39,610 nucleotides of DNA, taken from the NCBI GenBank assembly GCA_029262755.1, contig JAJCYU010000275.1, positions 1-39,610 on the forward strand, written 5' to 3'. The notes below the pieces were generated by a model. The model did no database searches. It was not told the DNA's origin and saw nothing but the letters and a program-made list of their open reading frames with translations. Source of the DNA: Anaerolineae bacterium (GTDB lineage Bacteria > Chloroflexota > Anaerolineae > Epilineales > Epilineaceae). Position numbers and translations under genes: made by a program. Shown here in pieces: positions 19,242 through 26,267 of the stretch; position 1 is the stretch's first letter, and every line of letters starts with the position of its first letter.

Positions 19242-20954
19242 CTAGCCGGCCGGATTGTCCGCGGTGGTTGCGCCCCCGTCGGCTGCGTCAGCCCCCTTCG
19301 CGGCGGACCGCGTTGGCTGCGCGTCCACGTGGCCCACCCTCCGTGCGACCAGTCGGCGCTCGAAGGTGCGCTCGAAGGCGCTGCGATGGCTCTCGGCGCC
19401 CCACAGTTCGAGCCGGCAGTCCGATTCCGATCGGACTTCCAGCACGACCTCGTCCCCGTCGACGGCGCGCAGCTTCGCCTCATCCACGAGCCCAGCGTGG
19501 CTGCGGTCGAGCGCCTCCGCAAGGCGGATAAACACGGCCATGGTGCGCACGGCGCCCCGAGCCGGCTTCGGTAAGGCGCGATACTCCGGATGCTTCTTGC
19601 GCGGGAGACCTTTGCGGTGAAAGCGAGCAAGCGCCGCGACGATCGTCGCTTCGGTATGATCGAAGCCGAGAAGGTCGGCGTGCTCGATCAAGTAGTAGCT
19701 GTGCCGGTGATGGTCGTCGTAGGACAGGAATGTGCCGACGTCGTGCAGCATGGCGGCATGTTGGAGCAGCTCCCGTTCCCAGCTTCCGAACGCGTGCAAG
19801 CCTGCCTCCCGCGCGCTGTCGAAGAGCTGGCCCGACAGGTGGGCAACGTGGCGTCCGTGTGCCTCGTCGAATTGGCAGCGCCGCCCCAGCCGCAGCACGC
19901 TGCGCTCACGGACGGTCTGCCCGACGTCCATCTCCGGATGACGCCGCGCGACGTAGTCCGCGATCAGGCCCTCGCGCAGACCGCGGTCTGTGGCCTCGAT
20001 CGCCTCCAGACCGAGCGCATCCATGATCGTTTCCAAGATCGCGGCGCCCGCGATGATGAGGTCGGCGCGGGCGGCATTGATGCCCGGAACCATCCGGCGT
20101 TCTTCCAACGTCAGGCTGCACAGGTGCTTGCGCAGGGCGCGTAGCTCGTCGAGGCTCATGGGGGCGAGCGGATCTTCGTCTTCTTCCCGCGCGCGTCGGG
20201 CCATCTCGACGAGATTCTGAATGGTGCCCGAGCTGCCGATCACCCGCGTCGCGGTATGCTCGGAGAGGCGTTGGAATGCGCGCACGGCGCTGTTTCGGAC
20301 GTAGCGTTGGATCAACGCGTAGCGATCGTCGCGCACCGCTGCGGTCTCGTCGGGCATGAAGAACAACGAGCTGAGCCGGATCGCGCCAAGCTTGAGCGAT
20401 TCGAGGTGGTGGTAGGCATGCTGGTCGCCCACGATCAGCTCGGTCGAACCCCCACCGATGTCGATGAAGAGCGCCTGCTCCTCGCCGAGATCGAGGCCGT
20501 ACACGACACCCAAGTAGATCAGCCGTGCCTCTTCGCGGCCGGAGATGGTCCGCACCTCGACGCCGGCCTCCTGACGTAGCATGCGCAGAAAGTCGCTTTG
20601 GTTGCGTGCTTCGCGCGTTGCGCTCGTCGCGATCGCGATGATCTCATCGGCCTGATAGGTCTCGGCCATCTGCCGAAACGTTCCCACGACCAGAACGGCG
20701 CGGCGCATCGCGGCCGGCCGGAGCAGACCGTCGGCGAATTCGTTTTCGCCGAGACGGACGACTTCCTTCTGTTCGCTCAAGACCCGGTGGGAACCGTTGG
20801 CCATGATCCGCACGAGGAGCAAGCGAACGGAGTTCGTGCCGATGTCCAGAAACGCACACGTTCGATCGACCGCGGGCGGGCGCAAGGGGAGCCCGGTGAC
20901 GTCCGGGTTCGCGAAGGGATCGACATTCCGTTCCACGTCTTCCGGGCTGCTCAT
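19242..20954 (-). CDS. ppx: Exopolyphosphatase Ppx/GppA with C-terminal HD domain
   Basis: DIGTNSVR, ATSATREARN, ISGREEARL, DIGGGSTE, GLREG, LHDVG; ATG 20954 forms an ATGA overlap with the CHAD gene stop. Confidence 0.94.
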   Translation of the reverse strand: MSSPEDVERNVDPFANPDVTGLPLRPPAVDRTCAFLDIGTNSVRLLLVRIMANGSHRVLSEQKEVVRLGENEFADGLLRPAAMRRAVLVVGTFRQMAETYQADEIIAIATSATREARNQSDFLRMLRQEAGVEVRTISGREEARLIYLGVVYGLDLGEEQALFIDIGGGSTELIVGDQHAYHHLESLKLGAIRLSSLFFMPDETAAVRDDRYALIQRYVRNSAVRAFQRLSEHTATRVIGSSGTIQNLVEMARRAREEDEDPLAPMSLDELRALRKHLCSLTLEERRMVPGINAARADLIIAGAAILETIMDALGLEAIEATDRGLREGLIADYVARRHPEMDVGQTVRERSVLRLGRRCQFDEAHGRHVAHLSGQLFDSAREAGLHAFGSWERELLQHAAMLHDVGTFLSYDDHHRHSYYLIEHADLLGFDHTEATIVAALARFHRKGLPRKKHPEYRALPKPARGAVRTMAVFIRLAEALDRSHAGLVDEAKLRAVDGDEVVLEVRSESDCRLELWGAESHRSAFERTFERRLVARRVGHVDAQPTRSAAKGADAADGGATTADNPAG

Positions 20955-23071
20955 ATGCGCGCAAGCGCGCGACCGAGCCGCGCGCGGCTTGCTTCCGCCA
21001 CAAAGGGAAGCCAAGCGGTGTTGAATGCCTCACGCACCCGGGCCTCCTCGGCATCTTGCACCGCCCCGTAGCGCTCGATCGCATCGGCATCCACACCGGC
21101 GCTACGCGCTCGCTCCAGGTCCGCACGGGCGACATCCACGTCGTTCAGATCGCCGAGGTGATCTTGCAAAGCCTTCAGTTGCTTGATCAGGGCCTTGCCT
21201 TCGTTGTCGAGCAGTTCGACCACCGGCTCGATGGCGTAGCGCAGGCGCTTGCAGTCGATGCGCAGCCGGTGGAGCAGCGCAATCTCGACCGTAGCCGGAT
21301 CGGCGAGCAAGGTCTCATAGGCGCGCACTCGCGCATAGCGACCCCAGATTTTCTGGGGCAAGACGTGCCGCACTTGGACGGGTCTCGGTGAGGGAATCGT
21401 CCGCGCCCCCATGCCCGAGCTCGCGCAATAGCGCTGCATCGACTCGATGAACCGACGATGGCGCTTGCCGTCCAACCAGGGCAGCAATTGGTCGTACGCG
21501 CGCACCCGTTGCGCGCGCCAATGGGTGGCCAGCGCATCCAGATCGCCTCCGTCTTTTCGGCTCCCCGAATCCTGATGCTCGCCAAGCTTGTGCAGCGCTA
21601 CGTCCGCGTCGCGAACCGCGCCGAGCAGGGAGGCGGTCGCCTTCATATGCTTGAGGAGGGGCTTCACAGTGCCCCGATGTACGAACGCCCCGAACAACCG
21701 ATCGGCGGCACGCGCTCGGCGCAATGCCACGCGGTAATCGTGCACGTATTCAATATCATCGCCACGCCGGGCGCCTGCCTCTTGCAACAACAGGGCGGCC
21801 AGCTGGCGACGCCAGATCAAGCGGCCGGCCTCGGCCATCTCCATCGTCGGGTCGATGCCGGTCGCAGGATCCATGCGGCTCGGATCGCGCAAACTCGCAT
21901 CGCCGGCTTGCGGCGGGTCGAGAACCTGCTCGGCAACGGCGAGAAGTGCACGATCGAACTTGCCGCCGTCCGACACTTGCGGCGCGCGTTTGCGCAAGAC
22001 GGACATGGCCCGGTCTTGCTCCGCGGCGCGCGCCGCATCGACGGCAAGCAGCTCGAGCTCGATCTCGTGCCAACGCTCGGCCACGCTGCCGCTGGGGCCA
22101 AGCGCTTCCACGGTGTCCAAGCTGAGCGTTGCAAGGGGTTCCCCTGCGGCCCCGCGCAGCGTTCGCTCGCCGCGTCGCTGTCGGATGGCAACGACCGTCT
22201 CCAGCCGCTGCAATCTGCGACCCGCAATCACCATCGCCAAGTCCACGACCGCACCGGGCCACGTGGATTGGTCACCGGTCGTTGCGCTGCCGCGCAGCGG
22301 CCCCTCGACCTCCAGCCGGCGATGCACGCCGCCGGAGGCCTCTTCGCGGCGCGCCAGCCCCTTTAGCGTGAGCTGCATCGCGACCGTGTCATCGCGCCGG
22401 CTAGTCCGCTCGCGCAGCACGAAACCGGCACGCAGAAAGGCGCGATCCGGCGTGTCTAGATACCGGTCCTCGACCTCGCTGAAGCGGGTGGCGTCCAGAC
22501 GTAAGCGCGGACCGAGGTCTGGAACCCGCCCAAGCTGGGCCAATGACTCGGCGTCCGCCTCCAGCTTGAGCTCGCGCTCTTCGCCGGTGTGGCTTCGGCC
22601 GCTATCCGCGGGGGTTGGTCGCGCGGTTGACACGGCTGGGGACACCTGCGCGCGGGGGGAGTGCGCCGGGCCTGGCGACGGCGGCGCAACCGTCGGCGCA
22701 TCCGGCGGCGCATCCTGCGGCGTTGGCAGGGAATGAAACGCCGGCGAACCGGGAGACGAGGTTGCGCCCCGTGTGGATGACGACGTTGCCGACCCCGGTG
22801 AATCCGGGGGCGACGGCTTGGATTCCGCTGGAGGCGTGACGGGCGTGACGGGCGGGGCCTGCGACTCCGGCGTCGATTCCACGTGTACCGGAATCGGCCC
22901 GTCGTGTACCGGAATCGGCCCGTCTGGAAGGTCGGCCGGCGGGGACGGCGGGTTGGGTTCCGGCGTGCGGCCTGCCTGGCCGGCCTCTTCGGCCGCATCG
23001 GGCGCAGCGGCCGCATCGGGCGCATCGGGCGCATTGGGCGCAGCGCTCCCAGAGCGAGTTTCGGGGCTCAC
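20951..23071 (-). CDS. CYTH + CHAD domain protein (polyphosphate-associated) with Pro/Ser-rich N-terminal region
   Basis: CYTH ERELKL, DRYLDT, EIELEL; CHAD VHDYRVALRRAR, LHRLRIDCKRLRYAIE, LQDHLGDLND; GTG 23071 follows GAGGAG. Confidence 0.9.
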   Translation of the reverse strand: MSPETRSGSAAPNAPDAPDAAAAPDAAEEAGQAGRTPEPNPPSPPADLPDGPIPVHDGPIPVHVESTPESQAPPVTPVTPPAESKPSPPDSPGSATSSSTRGATSSPGSPAFHSLPTPQDAPPDAPTVAPPSPGPAHSPRAQVSPAVSTARPTPADSGRSHTGEERELKLEADAESLAQLGRVPDLGPRLRLDATRFSEVEDRYLDTPDRAFLRAGFVLRERTSRRDDTVAMQLTLKGLARREEASGGVHRRLEVEGPLRGSATTGDQSTWPGAVVDLAMVIAGRRLQRLETVVAIRQRRGERTLRGAAGEPLATLSLDTVEALGPSGSVAERWHEIELELLAVDAARAAEQDRAMSVLRKRAPQVSDGGKFDRALLAVAEQVLDPPQAGDASLRDPSRMDPATGIDPTMEMAEAGRLIWRRQLAALLLQEAGARRGDDIEYVHDYRVALRRARAADRLFGAFVHRGTVKPLLKHMKATASLLGAVRDADVALHKLGEHQDSGSRKDGGDLDALATHWRAQRVRAYDQLLPWLDGKRHRRFIESMQRYCASSGMGARTIPSPRPVQVRHVLPQKIWGRYARVRAYETLLADPATVEIALLHRLRIDCKRLRYAIEPVVELLDNEGKALIKQLKALQDHLGDLNDVDVARADLERARSAGVDADAIERYGAVQDAEEARVREAFNTAWLPFVAEASRARLGRALARI
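22882..22923 (+). repeat. Perfect 21-bp tandem duplication (encodes DGPIPVH twice on the minus strand)
   Basis: CGTGTACCGGAATCGGCCCGT at 22882-22902 and 22903-22923. Confidence 0.95.
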
Positions 23072-23164
23072 GGGCGGCTCCTCGGGCGCCGGATTCGGCG
23101 CGGTGGGTCCGGGCCGAAGCGCTCTAAACAGCACCGCTCCGGCGAATTCTCATTGTAGCCGACG

Positions 23165-23173
23165 TGCTATGAT
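23165..23173 (+). promoter_or_regulatory. Extended -10 promoter of proC
   Basis: TGCTATGAT just upstream of the GGGAGG RBS and ATG 23198. Confidence 0.55.
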
Positions 23174-23197
23174 CCCGCAGCGATTCCGGGAGGCTTC

Positions 23198-24013
23198 ATG
23201 TTCACAGATCAGACCATTGCGTTTGTCGGAAGCGGTACCATGGCGGAGGCCATGATCCGCGGCTTGCTCAGCGGCGGAATCGTCGCTCCGGAGCAGATCA
23301 TCGCGGCAGGTCCACGCTTGGACCGCGGCGAGGAGTTGGTGGCGCGCCACGGCGTCCGCGTGACGTGTGACAATGCCGAAGCGGCGGAGGCCGGGCAGAT
23401 TGTCGTGCTCGCCGTCAAGCCGCAACGCATCCCCGACGTACTGCCGGATCTGCGCGGCCGATTACGCAACACGGACGTGCTGGTATCGATCGTGGCGGGC
23501 ATGCCTATCCAGCGCCTTGCGGACGGCGCCGCCCACGCGGCGGTGGTACGCGCCATGCCCAACACGCCGGGTCAGATCGCGCAGGGAATCAGCGTGTGGA
23601 CCGCCACCCCGGAAGTTGAACCGGACCAGCGGGAGCGAGCGCGGCATATCTTGGCGGCCTTGGGCGAAGAGATCCTCGTCGATGACGAACGCGAGCTCGA
23701 CATGGCGACGGCGCTCAGCGGTTCGGGCCCGGCCTACGTCTTCATGATGATGGAGGCGATGATCGACGCCGGCGTCCATCTTGGCTTTTCGCGCCGCGTC
23801 TCACGCCAGCTCGTGTTTCGTACCATGGCCGGTTCCGTCGCCTACGCAGAGCAATCGGGCCGCCACGTCGCCGCCCTTCGCAATCAAGTCACGTCCCCAG
23901 GCGGCACGACGGCTGCCGCGCTGTACCACCTCGAGAAAGGCGGTCTGCGCACGGTAATCTCGCGCGGCCTTTGGGCCGCGTACGAGCGCTCGCGGTCGTT
24001 GGGGTCCGACTAG
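23198..24013 (+). CDS. proC: Pyrroline-5-carboxylate reductase
   Basis: FVGSGTMAEA, LAVKPQ, VRAMPNTP, TALSGSGPAY, VTSPGGTT. Confidence 0.97.
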   Translation: MFTDQTIAFVGSGTMAEAMIRGLLSGGIVAPEQIIAAGPRLDRGEELVARHGVRVTCDNAEAAEAGQIVVLAVKPQRIPDVLPDLRGRLRNTDVLVSIVAGMPIQRLADGAAHAAVVRAMPNTPGQIAQGISVWTATPEVEPDQRERARHILAALGEEILVDDERELDMATALSGSGPAYVFMMMEAMIDAGVHLGFSRRVSRQLVFRTMAGSVAYAEQSGRHVAALRNQVTSPGGTTAAALYHLEKGGLRTVISRGLWAAYERSRSLGSD

Positions 24014-25563
24014 CTCGCCGCGTCGCCGGCCTCCGCGCGCCCCAGCATCGCGGCCAGCGCCGCCCGCTGCGCGTCCCGTCGATCGGCGCGCGCCGCGATG
24101 CGTGGCTCGGCAGCGCGGTCGCGGCAGGCGGCACCGTCCAGGCGGCAGCGTTCGCACGTGACGCCGACGACGTCCTCTTCCAATGCGGGATCGGAAGCGA
24201 ACGCGATGCGCTTCGCTGCGTCGCCGTCGATCCGGAGGCCGAGCGTCAGACCGGAGTGGAGTCCCGGCCGTAGCGCGAGCGGACGCGCCATGGCGATCTC
24301 CAAGAATCGTGCGCCTGGTTTCCCCGAGGCATGTTGGCTAATCACACGCTGCGCGCCCGCTACAACGTAGCGCGCATCGACGGGCTCAGCGTTCGCCTTG
24401 TCGGCGGATCGTTCGCGTTCCAAGCGTCGCAACAAGCGGATGCCGGCGATTCGCCGGCAATAGTGCTCGGCGCCGCCGATGCCGAAGGGCACATCCACGC
24501 TCGAAAGGTTGAGCACTTTGGCGATGTCAAAGACCCCGCTGCCGACACGGTGGTGCACGCGCAGAAAATAGAGCTCGCCCAAACCCAGTGCGGATGGCAA
24601 GAGTTGGCACCATCGGTGCAACAGGGTTTCCGGCGTAACCGCAGTGCGTGCAACCAGAGCTAGCAGTTGCTCGGGACGCCAACGATCCGCGCCAAGCAGG
24701 GCACGCGCCTCTGCGATCATCCAGTCGCGATCGAGCAGCAACGCGCCGGCGTAGTAGCTGGCACGGTGCCCGTTCAGCACATGATCGAAGGTCGTAGCCT
24801 CGATCCACGAGGACGTAGCGGCGCGCTCCTGGATGCCGAGCGCCTGGAATCCGAGTTCGCGCGCCATGAGGAAGGCGCGTTGGGAGGGCAGGAGTCGCCC
24901 ATTGACATAAAGAGTAGGCTGCGAGCCGTCCAGGTCGGTCACCGAGCGAAAGTCGCCCAAGACCGGGTCCGCACCGAGTCGCTCCGCGTCGACGCGATAC
25001 CCGTGCTCGGTCACCAGGATCCGACGAAGCTCCGACTCGTCCGGAATCGTTTGGGCGGACCAGCCCCTGGCACGGCGATGCTGCGCGGCAAGCGACTCGA
25101 GTTCGGGGACGTGATTGCCGCTCGTCGCTTGCCAGGAGCGTAGCGCGGCGAAAAGAAAACTCTCGATGCGCACATCGTGCGCACGCACGACATCACGGAC
25201 GGTGCGCACGAGCGCCGCCACGCGGTCCGGAGCGTCGGTCACCAGGCTGAACAAGGCTTCCGGATCGATACCGAAGTGGTCGAGCGGGAAATCGCGCGTC
25301 AGCGTTGAGCCTAATACATCCTGCAGCGGGACCAAGTCATCCTCGACGCGCAACGACACGAGCTCATCGTATGGAAACTCCAGAACCTCGGCCAGCACGA
25401 GCAGTCGCTCCGGCTTCGGGTACTTCTTGCCGTGCTCGATCTCGCTCAGGTAGGAGATCGACATGGCGGCGCGTTGGGCGGTTTCCTTCAGCGACAGCCC
25501 GAGCGTTTGGCGACGCTTCTTGAGCTTGAGTCCGAGGATAAAGCGCGGGTTGGAAGCGTTCAC
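24010..25563 (-). CDS. XRE-family regulator of the RamB/PrpR (short-chain acyl-CoA regulator) type
   Basis: N-terminal HTH (LSLKETAQRAAMSISYLSEIEHGKKYPK); degenerate ImmA/IrrE-like domain (FLMARELGF in place of HExxH); C-terminal CERC-x6-C-x-x-R, resembling the Cys motif of PrpR/RamB. Shares a CTAG stop overlap with proC. Confidence 0.85.
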   Translation of the reverse strand: MNASNPRFILGLKLKKRRQTLGLSLKETAQRAAMSISYLSEIEHGKKYPKPERLLVLAEVLEFPYDELVSLRVEDDLVPLQDVLGSTLTRDFPLDHFGIDPEALFSLVTDAPDRVAALVRTVRDVVRAHDVRIESFLFAALRSWQATSGNHVPELESLAAQHRRARGWSAQTIPDESELRRILVTEHGYRVDAERLGADPVLGDFRSVTDLDGSQPTLYVNGRLLPSQRAFLMARELGFQALGIQERAATSSWIEATTFDHVLNGHRASYYAGALLLDRDWMIAEARALLGADRWRPEQLLALVARTAVTPETLLHRWCQLLPSALGLGELYFLRVHHRVGSGVFDIAKVLNLSSVDVPFGIGGAEHYCRRIAGIRLLRRLERERSADKANAEPVDARYVVAGAQRVISQHASGKPGARFLEIAMARPLALRPGLHSGLTLGLRIDGDAAKRIAFASDPALEEDVVGVTCERCRLDGAACRDRAAEPRIAARADRRDAQRAALAAMLGRAEAGDAAS

Positions 25564-25709
25564 GGGCGGGTCCTGAGCAGTTGCGCTGAAGGCACGTCTT
25601 TCGTTCGCTGCGGGCGAACCATAGCAAGGCCACGGGGCGTCCCAAAAGGGCTGCTCCTCCGTACGCGCTCGACCGCGTTCTTCAACAACGACCGGATCGT
25701 TACCCGACT

Positions 25710-25723
25710 AGCGAACTTTCGCT
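25710..25723. promoter_or_regulatory. Palindromic operator AGCGAA-CT-TTCGCT
   Basis: Perfect 6+6 palindrome abutting the -35 of the divergent gene. Further GCGAA/TTCGC half-sites at about 25604, 25614, 25735 and 25754. Confidence 0.65.
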
Positions 25724-25751
25724 TGACTCGCGGTTTCGCCAATACTAGACT
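25723..25751 (+). promoter_or_regulatory. Sigma70 promoter of the 147-aa ORF
   Basis: TTGACT (25723-25728), 17 bp, TAGACT (25746-25751); AAGGAGG RBS at 25761-25767. Confidence 0.8.
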
Positions 25752-25775
25752 CGGCGAACCAAGGAGGCGCACCCG

Positions 25776-26219
25776 ATGAAGACGAACGGATTGGCTGCCG
25801 CACCCGATCTCTCCTCCTCCGCACTGCGAGGCATTGTCACGCCCGAGGTAGCGACTCGATTGCACAGTCCGCGCGACGCGGCAGGAATCGCGTCCGAGGA
25901 TGCGGAACGCGATGACCGACGGGTTCCGATCGACCTACAGGCGATACGACCCTTGGTGCGGGCGAGCCTCGAGGGATGGGTGGGCGGGGAGCCGGCGACC
26001 CGGGCGATGGAACCTGTGCTCGCTCAGGTCTTGGATGAAGACCCCGCAAAGGGACAAATCGACCTGCCACCCCGGCTCCTGCGTCGACTGTTCGTCGAAG
26101 AGACCGGGCGGTTGATTGCGGAAGCGACGATGATCCTCGCCGACCGGCCGTCCGCGGAGCGTGCTGCACGCACGCGCGCCTACCAGGCGGCATGCCGGGC
26201 GTTGGTCCGCACGCTGTAG
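25776..26219 (+). CDS. 147-aa protein, possibly derived from malate synthase A (termini only, no TIM barrel)
   Basis: Strong promoter and RBS support expression. The segments IVTPE, EGWVGG...AMEP, LLRRLFVEE and YQAAC resemble malate synthase A termini by eye; homology unverified. Confidence 0.6.
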   Translation: MKTNGLAAAPDLSSSALRGIVTPEVATRLHSPRDAAGIASEDAERDDRRVPIDLQAIRPLVRASLEGWVGGEPATRAMEPVLAQVLDEDPAKGQIDLPPRLLRRLFVEETGRLIAEATMILADRPSAERAARTRAYQAACRALVRTL

Positions 26220-26267
26220 GTTGACGAGCCGGAGGTCGGATCGCGGATGTTCCTGCTCAGACCACCG

